From: an uncultured Gammaproteobacteria bacterium
Lineage (GTDB): Bacteria; Patescibacteriota; Patescibacteriia; JAHIZJ01
Direction of reading: 5' to 3'
Assembly (NCBI GenBank): GCA_964371245.1
Contig: CAYJKP010000001.1
Span: 507,042-571,041, forward strand
DNA length: 64,000 nt
Shown: positions 39,801 to 52,573 of the stretch, one piece after another
Layout of the letters: each line of letters opens with the position of its first letter
How positions within the stretch are numbered: the stretch's first letter is position 1
Program-made: the position numbers and the translations under genes
Notes under the pieces: model-generated
The model's database searches: none
The model's input: the letters and a program-made list of their open reading frames with translations, nothing else
Told to the model about the DNA's origin: nothing

Positions 39801-40794
39801 CTGGGATGCCAAACTCACGGGTAATAACCGCCGCGTGGCTTAACATACCGCCTCCCTCATCTGTCACCACTGCCTTAACTCGTTTGAAATGCTTGACGTC
39901 ATCCGGCCGAGTCATATTTGTGACGTAGACTGGCCGAGTTGGCCAGCTTTGTCTGTTTAGGTTACACACCACAACGCCGACAATCCTGCCCGGTGAAACT
40001 GGCGTGCCCTGGATTAGTCGGCTGGCCGGTTTCTGAACCTGAAGCTGCCTTCGAACCCGACTGACAACGGCGCTATCGGTTTGAACAACTTCTCGGCTAG
40101 ATGCCCAAAGATAAACATAGCCTTTTCTACGGCGTCGAAGCTCATCCTTTGATACGGTCAGTCGTTTTTGCCGAAGTGTTTGCAATAACTCAGAACGCGT
40201 CATCATTCGACTGAGTGAGATATTGAGTCCGTATTCCGTAAATGCTCTCTGAAGTGCCCGCGTTATTAAGTGCTCGCAACGCGGATAGCTTTTCGCGCTA
40301 GTGTCGCGCTCCTTGCCTAATCTGGACAAATCAATCCGGGGAAAAGGACTTTGTCCAGACTTCGCAAAATCAAGGTATCTCCAAAATAAATTATATGTCC
40401 CGATTCCGCCTAACAGCTTTGGGTAATCCGTGAGAACAAACTGAATGAATTGAACTGGGTCAGTTTTTACGAGGCCTTCATATCTTTTAAGACCCACGGC
40501 AAAATCGTGGCACTGCTGAAACGCCTGACGACGCGTATTTCTAAGCCAGCCGGGTTGATGGGCTAATTTAGACGAAACCTCACGAACAATGTAGTCACTA
40601 TTAACTAATGAATGGAAGCCTCGATTGTTTCCGACGCCACCAAGATGCAAATATGACATCCCGGATATTTGACGAGCATTCGTACAAAATCCCTGAGCAA
40701 TGCAGCTCAGCGATACCAAAGGAAGCGCTCGATATACACCACCCTCCGATCGCAAGCCCATCTTTTCCAATCGTTGAGATAAGTCCAACATCAT
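39709..40794 (-). CDS. PEP-utiliser phosphohistidine-domain protein, array member D (361 aa)
   Basis: TDEGGGMLSHAAVITREFGIPGIVG; start trimmed to the ATGA overlap at 40794. Confidence 0.88.
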   Translation of the reverse strand: MMLDLSQRLEKMGLRSEGGVYRALPLVSLSCIAQGFCTNARQISGMSYLHLGGVGNNRGFHSLVNSDYIVREVSSKLAHQPGWLRNTRRQAFQQCHDFAVGLKRYEGLVKTDPVQFIQFVLTDYPKLLGGIGTYNLFWRYLDFAKSGQSPFPRIDLSRLGKERDTSAKSYPRCEHLITRALQRAFTEYGLNISLSRMMTRSELLQTLRQKRLTVSKDELRRRRKGYVYLWASSREVVQTDSAVVSRVRRQLQVQKPASRLIQGTPVSPGRIVGVVVCNLNRQSWPTRPVYVTNMTRPDDVKHFKRVKAVVTDEGGGMLSHAAVITREFGIPGIVGTKFATKVFKDGDRVVVDATKGIVRKI

Positions 40795-40882
40795 ATTTTC
40801 CTCACAATCCCCTTGGTCGCATCCACTTCCACCCGATCGCCGTCTTTGAAAACCTTTGTGGCGAACTTTGTCCCGACAATGC
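40791..40882. repeat. 92-bp direct repeat, copy 2 (3' end of member E)
   Basis: 87/92 identical to 39709-39800; the last 54 nt are identical. Confidence 0.95.
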
Positions 40883-41876
40883 ACGGTATTTTCAACTCTC
40901 GAGCCACAATCGCCGCATGGCAGGTCAAACCGCCTTCGTCAGTGATGATTGTTTTGGCATTGCGCAGATACTGGGAAAACCGAACCGTCGTCATCGGTGT
41001 TACGATCACGTATCGCCCGCGGATCTTTTTCAGATCTCGCAATGTTCGGACCACCCGGGCAATGCCAATGACGGGCTTTCGCGCGGCGTACGCGGTTTGG
41101 CCATGGAGAGCATCAACATCGTTGCTTTTCCTGCCCGGTACTTCACGCTCGACTTGTTTCTGTATTTGTTTCGCGCGCTGGCCAATAAACAATTGTATTT
41201 TCCCACCGATCGCTTGCAATGCATACAGACGGTACCGTTTTTCAAGTTCTGACGCTGAAACCACTGATCTGTTTCGGCGCAACGACTCAACCAATTCCTG
41301 GCAATTCATAAACATGACTCGCTTTTTTTCTAGCCTCAGCGTAACACCGAGTGACGCCGCAAACGCCGGGATGACAGTATCGTCAATCCAGGTTAATGTC
41401 TTGCCACAATAATCTTTGGTGTAGCCGCAATCAGCGATTGTTGCGCGCGTAAAGGCATGGCGATGCGTATCGACGAGCGTGGGAAAGCGATAAACCGAAT
41501 ACATCTCTCGATAATATTTGTAGAATTCTATCAGTAATTCGCTCAGAACGGTGGTAGCTAGATTTTTTTCAAGCTGCATATAAATACGACGGATCTGACG
41601 GCTGCGTTTCGCAAAAATCCTTCGTATTTTAGAATTCAACTGGTTAATAGTTCTTCCTTGGCACGAGTGGAGGAACCGCAGGAACGAACGCGAATCGCGT
41701 TCCGAAAAATAACTTTTTTCAATATCCTTTTCAGAAATAAAAAGCTGGTCGCGATAGCCCCAGCCGAGCGCTTTCTTCATATCGCGGACATACCCCTCGA
41801 GACCGAGGCTCAGAATGAAATACGGAAAGCCCTCCCGGGTAAAGACGGGGGTCCATTGTATGCTTCTATTTCCCAT
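40791..41876 (-). CDS. PEP-utiliser phosphohistidine-domain protein, array member E (361 aa)
   Basis: [24 protein letters not shown]. Confidence 0.88.
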   Translation of the reverse strand: MGNRSIQWTPVFTREGFPYFILSLGLEGYVRDMKKALGWGYRDQLFISEKDIEKSYFSERDSRSFLRFLHSCQGRTINQLNSKIRRIFAKRSRQIRRIYMQLEKNLATTVLSELLIEFYKYYREMYSVYRFPTLVDTHRHAFTRATIADCGYTKDYCGKTLTWIDDTVIPAFAASLGVTLRLEKKRVMFMNCQELVESLRRNRSVVSASELEKRYRLYALQAIGGKIQLFIGQRAKQIQKQVEREVPGRKSNDVDALHGQTAYAARKPVIGIARVVRTLRDLKKIRGRYVIVTPMTTVRFSQYLRNAKTIITDEGGLTCHAAIVARELKIPCIVGTKFATKVFKDGDRVEVDATKGIVRKI

Positions 41877-43290
41877 GCGCCCCGATCCAATTAAATTCCT
41901 CGCCCATCATGTCCATCGGACGTAAGCCAAGGTTTTTCCGTTCAGCCGCAGGAACATAGCTTTCGTAAATTTCGAGGAGGGCGGGCTGAAGCAAATCTTT
42001 ATATTTCATCGCCAGAAGATGCTCGAGATAATCACGCGTCAGGCCGCCGTCATAGATCACGTCAAAGGCGTATTGATTTATAATTGCGTTCTGATCGTCA
42101 CGGGTATAGGTCGCAATCGTGCCGCCGATCAAACCCTTCGTATCAACAGATTGCACGCGCGCACGCTCATCGGGTTCGTCAGCTAAAACGGATAGCCACA
42201 CTTCCTTCATCTTGGTTAAATAATTACATGAGCCGTGACCAACCAGCGGCCGCACGCCCAGCCAAAACGTCAGATAGCCAAAAATGACGAACAAATTCGG
42301 GATGATTGCGCCGTCTGTAAGGCTTTTTATAACTTCGTCTTGATTACGTAAATCAAGCTCAAACTGACCATCGGTCGAACGCAAGAGCGATCCGTGCAGA
42401 AACATGGGCTTGGCCTCGTTTTTCGCATCGCGATACCAAAAGAAGTGGGTGCCCTTACCCTTCGCTTCGTTCCAACAACCGATCAGATCTTCAAAAGCGG
42501 TTAAAATACGAGCGCGAAAATCAGTATTGAAAAGACTGCGACTCAGGCTGTTATCCTCGGTCAATACCGGAGGCAGTAGCGTCCGCATAACATCTTCCTG
42601 GGTAACATACAGTAAGTCGGGTATCGTCTCCCGGATTGACTCGTGAAATAGTTTTTTCCACAAGAATGCGTTGATAATGCCTATTTGGTCGTTGTAGCTT
42701 TTGGCCTGGGAAAAATCCTGTCCGCCTATCTCCTGTTCTATGGCTTTCAAAAAATCCTGTTCCTCGCCGGTAAAATTGTTCCAGCTGTCGGTCTTTCGCA
42801 AATTCTCGGTAAAATTAAAGTCGCGCCGGCCGATAAAACAACTGGCTTGATGCATTTCCTTATTCGAAAAAAGAGGGATGCGTTTGCCGTGAAGCTGAAA
42901 CCCCTTGCGATTGAAAAAATTATTCGGTGGAACGACTGAACTTGTTAGAACGACGATCGGCTGTCGGTCGCCCGTGAGCAGGCGGTGGGCATTAGCGACA
43001 AGATTCGTCGCGAGAAGTATCGGGTGGTTGAGGATGGAATGATGGTCGACAATATTGAGGCTCAGCGGTGGAGTAACGTGTTCCTGGCCCTGAAAAACGC
43101 GCGCGGAGTACTCAGCGATCGTTCGAGCCAAAAACTCTTGGCGTTGCGTATGGACTGGGTCGGCCGTATACGTGTCGAGCTGATGTGAAAACTCAGTAAT
43201 TGTATCGTTGCAGTCGAAATATTCCGCCACCACCGGGGCGTATTTCCGTATCCCGTTTTTCAGTATGTCGACGTTTTTTGAGTCAGGCAT
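41866..43290 (-). CDS. hypothetical soluble enzyme-like protein (474 aa)
   Basis: Long ORF in the operon; motif-like DHHSILNHP, VPPNN, GTHFFW, GHGSCNYL; family not recognised. Confidence 0.8.
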   Translation of the reverse strand: MPDSKNVDILKNGIRKYAPVVAEYFDCNDTITEFSHQLDTYTADPVHTQRQEFLARTIAEYSARVFQGQEHVTPPLSLNIVDHHSILNHPILLATNLVANAHRLLTGDRQPIVVLTSSVVPPNNFFNRKGFQLHGKRIPLFSNKEMHQASCFIGRRDFNFTENLRKTDSWNNFTGEEQDFLKAIEQEIGGQDFSQAKSYNDQIGIINAFLWKKLFHESIRETIPDLLYVTQEDVMRTLLPPVLTEDNSLSRSLFNTDFRARILTAFEDLIGCWNEAKGKGTHFFWYRDAKNEAKPMFLHGSLLRSTDGQFELDLRNQDEVIKSLTDGAIIPNLFVIFGYLTFWLGVRPLVGHGSCNYLTKMKEVWLSVLADEPDERARVQSVDTKGLIGGTIATYTRDDQNAIINQYAFDVIYDGGLTRDYLEHLLAMKYKDLLQPALLEIYESYVPAAERKNLGLRPMDMMGEEFNWIGAHGK

Positions 43291-43295
43291 AGTGA

Positions 43296-43862
43296 CTACT
43301 TCACAAGGTCGCCTACGCCGATGTCCTTCAAGACATCGTCGATCTTTGCGTGTAATTCATCGATCGTGCCGTCATTGACGATATTATAATCCGCCAGCTT
43401 CCGAGCGGCCAAAAGCTGGGCCTGAGATCCCTGGCCGGTAATCTGAAATTCTTCCTGCTTGCAGAATTCCTCATAGGTCATTTTATCTTCGGGCCGGCCT
43501 CGATCTTTGATCCGTTGATAGCGAGTTTCAATCGGCGCATCGACGCTCACTAAAACAAAATCACCGCCTTCTCGTAACGCGGCAATTTCGTCAGGATGAC
43601 GCAAGCTGTCGACAATAACCAATTTCTCGCCTTTTGCCTCAATCTGTTCCAATAAGCGTTTCGGAATAATGCCAGCGCCGAATTGTGAGCGCAGGCTATT
43701 GCCAAGGGTAATAAGATTCTCAATCGTTTTCGGCCGGCCGAGCTTTTCCAGCTCACCGCGCAAATAGTCGGAACACGAATGATAGATGAAACCTTTCGTT
43801 TTCAAATATTCGCCGATTTCACCCTTGCCCGCGCCGAAATAGCCTGTGAGTCCGATAATCAT
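43296..43862 (-). CDS. P-loop nucleoside/nucleotide monophosphate kinase-like protein
   Basis: IIGLTGYFGAGKGE, VDSLRHPDE, VDAP.ETRYQRI..RGR, ADYNIVNDG. Confidence 0.85.
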   Translation of the reverse strand: MIIGLTGYFGAGKGEIGEYLKTKGFIYHSCSDYLRGELEKLGRPKTIENLITLGNSLRSQFGAGIIPKRLLEQIEAKGEKLVIVDSLRHPDEIAALREGGDFVLVSVDAPIETRYQRIKDRGRPEDKMTYEEFCKQEEFQITGQGSQAQLLAARKLADYNIVNDGTIDELHAKIDDVLKDIGVGDLVK

Positions 43863-43864
43863 GG

Positions 43865-44398
43865 CTAGGTATTCTTAATAACAACGTCGCCTTCAGCCGC
43901 TTTTTTCTCCTCGATTTCATCGGCAAACATTTTCCTCACTTCGGAATTCCAATCCTTGTTGTCAGCATAAAGGTCAACCTGCAAACCCGCTTCGCGGAGA
44001 TAGTCCGGCGCTTTTGAATTCCGGTATATTTTGGCATAGACAACGCGTTTCACCCCAGCGGCCACCACATATTTGCAACAATGGATGCACGGAATATATT
44101 TGGTATAGAGCGTTGATCCGTCCGTGCTCGCGCCCGGAATGACCGCCGCTTGAAGAATCGCATTATGCTCGCCGTGGATCGTTCGGACGCAGTGACCCTC
44201 TTCCATCATATGACCGACGTCGTCGCAGTGCGGCAAACCCGGCGGCGATCCATTGTACCCGGTGGAAATAATGCGGTTATCCTTGACCAGGACGGCGCCG
44301 GCGCGTAGCCGATCGCAGGTTGAACGCGACGCCACCACTCGGGCAATGGCCATGAAATAGTCGTCCCAGCCAGGACGATAATTTTCTTTGTTGGTCAT
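43865..44398 (-). CDS. dCMP deaminase (ComEB-like)
   Basis: WDDYFM, RSTC, TGYNG, HGEHNA, PCIHC. Confidence 0.92.
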   Translation of the reverse strand: MTNKENYRPGWDDYFMAIARVVASRSTCDRLRAGAVLVKDNRIISTGYNGSPPGLPHCDDVGHMMEEGHCVRTIHGEHNAILQAAVIPGASTDGSTLYTKYIPCIHCCKYVVAAGVKRVVYAKIYRNSKAPDYLREAGLQVDLYADNKDWNSEVRKMFADEIEEKKAAEGDVVIKNT

Positions 44399-44410
44399 GG
44401 GAAAGAGTAT

Positions 44411-45091
44411 TTACAGATTAATACGAAGACCTGGACCCATGGTCGAAGTCAGGGTAATACTCCGAATGAAGACGCCCTTTGAAGTGTCTGGTTTGGCACG
44501 TTTAATCGCTTCAATAAACGCCCGGATATTCGCTTCGAGCACGCTTGGTTCAAAAGACGCCTTTCCGATAATCTGATGGATATTGCCGGTATCGTCAGTG
44601 CGATATGCAATCTTGCCGCCCTGGAGATCTTTCAGCGTTTTCACGACATCGGGTGTAACCGTTTCGTTCTTCGGGTTTGGCATTAATCCCTTGGTACCGA
44701 GGATTTTTGCGATCGGACCAAGCTGACGCATCATTTCTGGTGTCGCCAGAGCGAGATCAAAATCAGTTTTTTCGGTTGTTTTTATCTCTTTGATGAGCTC
44801 GGCTCCGCCTGCCAACGCAGCTCCGGCGGCGAGCGCTTTTTTCTGATCGGCTTCATTAGCAAAAACAGCGATCCGAAGAGTTCGGCCGGTCGGATGCGGC
44901 AGCACGGTCGTCGACCGTATTTGCTGATCGGCTTTTTTCGGATCAATACCAAGATGCAGATGGACCTCAATTGACTCGTCAAATTTCGCCGTTGCGCTTT
45001 TCTTGACAAGTCCGATCGCCTCAGCGATGGCATAGTTTTTTTTCGGTTCTATCCCCTCACCGACTGCGCGATACCGTTTACTTCGGCTCAT
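44411..45091 (-). CDS. rplA: 50S ribosomal protein L1
   Basis: AKFDESIE, ILGTKGLMPNPK, STMGPG. Confidence 0.99.
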   Translation of the reverse strand: MSRSKRYRAVGEGIEPKKNYAIAEAIGLVKKSATAKFDESIEVHLHLGIDPKKADQQIRSTTVLPHPTGRTLRIAVFANEADQKKALAAGAALAGGAELIKEIKTTEKTDFDLALATPEMMRQLGPIAKILGTKGLMPNPKNETVTPDVVKTLKDLQGGKIAYRTDDTGNIHQIIGKASFEPSVLEANIRAFIEAIKRAKPDTSKGVFIRSITLTSTMGPGLRINL

Positions 45092-45105
45092 GTTTCTTCT
45101 CCTTC

Positions 45106-45144
45106 GTGGTCCAGGCGACGGTGTCGTCCTGACCCGTCTCCCAC
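45106..45144 (-). promoter_or_regulatory. L1-binding leader between rplK and rplA
   Basis: Minus strand GUGGGAG...ACCAC directly before the AAGGAG SD of rplA. Confidence 0.65.
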
Positions 45145-45174
45145 AATGATGAGATATTAGATATGTATCTGACG

Positions 45175-45603
45175 TTATTTATCTTCAACCGTAATGCCCA
45201 TATTCCGGGCCGTCCCTTCAATGATCCGCATCGCTCCACCAATGTCTTTCGCATTTAAATCGGCCATTTTTCGTTCAGCAATTTCTTTGATTTGGGCTTT
45301 TGTCACCGTGCCGACCTTCGTGCGCAAGGGATCGCCTGATCCTTTTTCGATCTTGGCGGCTTTCTTGAGCAGGACCGAGGCCGGTGGCGTCTTCAATATA
45401 AAGGCGTACGTTCGATCTTCATAGACGGTTAATTCTACCGGGATAATATCACCGCCGAGGCCTTTTGTTCGATCGTTAAATTTTGAACAAAAATCCTGGA
45501 TGTTCAACCCATGCTGACCAAGGGCCGGACCGATCGGCGGCGCGGGCGTGGCTTTCCCAGCGGTTATTTGAAGTTTGATGACGGTCTTAATTTTTTTTGC
45601 CAT
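45175..45603 (-). CDS. rplK: 50S ribosomal protein L11
   Basis: [24 protein letters not shown]. Confidence 0.99.
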   Translation of the reverse strand: MAKKIKTVIKLQITAGKATPAPPIGPALGQHGLNIQDFCSKFNDRTKGLGGDIIPVELTVYEDRTYAFILKTPPASVLLKKAAKIEKGSGDPLRTKVGTVTKAQIKEIAERKMADLNAKDIGGAMRIIEGTARNMGITVEDK

Positions 45604-45618
45604 AAGAGGTGTGTCGCG

Positions 45619-46164
45619 TTAGATTTTTTTGATCTGGAGAAAATCAAGTTCAACCGGAGTCTCGCGGCCAAACATCGAAACGAGTATTTTGACCTTCCCG
45701 CGAGCCTCATCGATTTCACTGACCCGTCCCTCGAAATCCTTAAACGGTCCATCGATGATTCGTACGGGTGTATTGAGACTAACGTCAATCTTGTATTTCG
45801 GTTCTTCGACGCCCATCCGCTTCTGGAGTGATTTCACCTCTTCATCGGATATCGGCGTCGGGGTTGTGCCGGAGCCGACGAAACCAGTCACGTTCGGCGT
45901 ATTCCGAACAACGTACCAGGAATCATCTGTTACAATCATTTCGACCAGCACATAGCCAGGGAATATCTTTTCGGTGACGATCTTCCGTTTCCCGTTTCTA
46001 ATCTTGATCTTTTTTTCCGTCGGTATGAGCACGTTATAGATTTTGTCTTCCATGTCCATCGACTCAATCCGTTGCTTCAAATTACGGGAAACGTTTTCTT
46101 CATACCCGGAATAGGTATGGAGGACGTACCAGCGTCGGCCCTGGGCACCAGTTTGTTTCGGCAT
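45619..46164 (-). CDS. nusG: transcription termination/antitermination factor
   Basis: WYVLHTYSGYE, FPGYVLV, MFGRETPVEL. Confidence 0.99.
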   Translation of the reverse strand: MPKQTGAQGRRWYVLHTYSGYEENVSRNLKQRIESMDMEDKIYNVLIPTEKKIKIRNGKRKIVTEKIFPGYVLVEMIVTDDSWYVVRNTPNVTGFVGSGTTPTPISDEEVKSLQKRMGVEEPKYKIDVSLNTPVRIIDGPFKDFEGRVSEIDEARGKVKILVSMFGRETPVELDFLQIKKI

Positions 46165-46179
46165 AGGATAATACGAAAA

Positions 46180-46377
46180 TTATTTCTGAATAATGCGTTG
46201 CAGTCCAAAATTGAGGATGTAATCCATCAGCCCGAGAAACAACGCCACGCCCAAGCTGATACCAATCACCAACAGGGTGTTGCGAACCGTTTCCTGCCGG
46301 GTTGGCCAGACGACCTTTTTAAGCTCGTCTTTGGACTCTTTGAGATACCGGGTAAGCCGGTTGTTTGCGAAATCCAT
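46180..46377 (-). CDS. secE: preprotein translocase subunit SecE
   Basis: ELKKVVWPT plus TM segment; upstream of nusG. Confidence 0.95.
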   Translation of the reverse strand: MDFANNRLTRYLKESKDELKKVVWPTRQETVRNTLLVIGISLGVALFLGLMDYILNFGLQRIIQK

Positions 46378-46488
46378 GGATAATACGTGGTTTTTAAAAT
46401 CCGCTGCGGGGCGGATAATTGATCTATCCCCAGTATATAATAGGTTTATTAACTTGGCAAGTGCGTACGAAACGGGGTTAATTCCCCA

Positions 46489-47031
46489 TTACCAGCGGGT
46501 ATCCTTTATTTTCAAATAATACCCGATGTGGTTGGCAATGATATGCAAGGCAAACCCCACAATAACCGACATAATAATGATCTGAACGGTCAGCTGGACA
46601 AATAGACACGCGAAGATAAGGCCGCCGATGATATAGTCAATCTGGTCAAAGGGCAGCCAGCGCGCACCCGGCGCCAGACGAAAACGGCGCTTGAAAAACG
46701 CACGAACCAGATCACCAAACAAAGCGCCAAATCCAATCACAAAGCCATAGTATGACGGAATGTCAGGATAATTAAAAAAACTCAAATACTGAAACGAAGG
46801 AATGGCATAAACCGCTTGTTGCAGTATAAAAACGCCGCCCCCGGACAACGTGCCGATCAAAAAGCCGCGCCACGTCTTGTGTTCACCGAAGAGCGGCTGG
46901 CCTAATAATTTTTTCCCGCCGTCTACCGGCCGCGCCAAAACCTGCCATTGTTTTTTAACGATTGAGGCGCTGACGTTGGCCACGCCCATTGGCGCGATAA
47001 ACCAGAAGCATTGGAGAATAAATTGGACCAT
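46489..47031 (-). CDS. CDP-archaeol synthase (CarS/DUF46)-like cytidylyltransferase
   Basis: AN..PVDGG..LFGEHKTWRG..GDL..FFKRR..PFDQIDY. Confidence 0.85.
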   Translation of the reverse strand: MVQFILQCFWFIAPMGVANVSASIVKKQWQVLARPVDGGKKLLGQPLFGEHKTWRGFLIGTLSGGGVFILQQAVYAIPSFQYLSFFNYPDIPSYYGFVIGFGALFGDLVRAFFKRRFRLAPGARWLPFDQIDYIIGGLIFACLFVQLTVQIIIMSVIVGFALHIIANHIGYYLKIKDTRW

Positions 47032-47034
47032 AGT

Positions 47035-47499
47035 CTATATAATCGCTAATCGGTAGATCCAATAGATAAGGAAAAACAACCTGAGTGGAAGAACGAGCGA
47101 ACGCTTGTACACATGGCTGGCGGTCGCCAGTGCGCAGTTGGTCGCCCACATGGCATACCACGGATACAAAAACGGAAAAAATATAATGCCTTCAGACAGA
47201 CGGTCGCTGACCGTATCGATTATCCAGCCGCGATAGCTGGAGCGATGATACTTCTCGGCAATTGCGCCGTCGATGATATCGAAGATCAGGTTTAACACGA
47301 GAAAGATTGTGGCCAGTAGGTATTTGTTTCCCAGATACGCGAGAGTGAATCCGATTGCCGCGCCGACGGAGACCGCGGACACAGCTGTTGGGTTTATATT
47401 CGGCCAGGGCAACGCGTGAAGCTTATGCACCGTTCGCGATCGAAGTCGAGCGACCCAATCGAACCGACGTGGTCTGGGGGTTCTTTCTTGCCAAGGCAT
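47035..47499 (-). CDS. CDP-alcohol phosphatidyltransferase family protein
   Basis: DIIDGAIAE...G..IDTVSDR signature. Confidence 0.85.
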   Translation of the reverse strand: MPWQERTPRPRRFDWVARLRSRTVHKLHALPWPNINPTAVSAVSVGAAIGFTLAYLGNKYLLATIFLVLNLIFDIIDGAIAEKYHRSSYRGWIIDTVSDRLSEGIIFFPFLYPWYAMWATNCALATASHVYKRSLVLPLRLFFLIYWIYRLAII

Positions 47500-47571
47500 G
47501 ATACTTTTGTTACAATTATCGGCCCTTCAATCTCCCAACCGGATTGACAACGAGAAAAGAGGTGATGAAAA

Positions 47572-47790
47572 ATGTGGGAGACAATTGATAATTTCCTGGC
47601 ATCAGCATGGCGTTTCGTGTTTGGTACGTACCGGGATTTCCGTGATCATATCAACCGACTGGCCGTTGTTAACAAACAGTCTACCACCATCCAAATTACG
47701 AACGTCTTCTGGTCGGGCTGGTCGCTCTACCGATATCGTCTTGATCAGCGCACCACCCCACCCGCACAACCAGATCGATCTCACCGCTAG
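47572..47790 (+). CDS. small hypothetical protein
   Basis: AGAGGTGA SD; followed by hairpin CCGCTCG...CGGGCGG-ATTTT (47794-47822). Confidence 0.45.
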   Translation: MWETIDNFLASAWRFVFGTYRDFRDHINRLAVVNKQSTTIQITNVFWSGWSLYRYRLDQRTTPPAQPDRSHR

Positions 47791-47820
47791 CAGCCGCTCG
47801 CGCATTACGCCGGGCGGATT

Positions 47821-52261
<4,441 letters not shown>

Positions 52262-52265
<4 letters not shown>

Positions 52266-52573
52266 GGCGCACGAAGAATTACTAAAACAACGACGGCTAC
52301 AAACAATAAGAGACCGATCGTAATAAACCCGATCATTTCAGCAATCTCAGCATGACGCCGCAGCTTTTCGGTGTTGGCTGTTGAGCGCGACGGTATGATG
52401 AATATCAAAACACCGAGCAATACACTATATAATAAGTCAAAAAGAAACGAGGCAGTCGTAAACTTTTCATCGGTGGCAAAATCGAAACCGACCGCTAATA
52501 TGGCAAACAAAATAAATCCCATGAGTGCATTGAAAAGACGTGTTTCGAAAATTGTTTTAAACTGTTCCTTCAT
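52262..52573 (-). CDS. small membrane protein
   Basis: Three TM segments; ATGA overlaps at both ends; start trimmed to 52573. Confidence 0.7.

Noticed and set aside
39709-40882. DGR template/variable repeat pair or CRISPR repeat
   Set aside because: Both copies are coding, four of five differences are synonymous, and there is no reverse transcriptase, cas gene or spacer array in the window.
2704-40884. N-terminal extensions in the ORF track for prfA, DUF3048, dnaE, dut, fbp and array members A and D
   Set aside because: They overlap upstream genes or terminators; internal ATGs match family starts or ATGA coupling.
35723-41876. Calling the five proteins PEP synthase, PPDK or rifampin phosphotransferase, or fragments of one broken gene
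   Set aside because: They are too short, no ATP-grasp or barrel motifs were seen, and each has its own complete His domain and a clean coupled junction.
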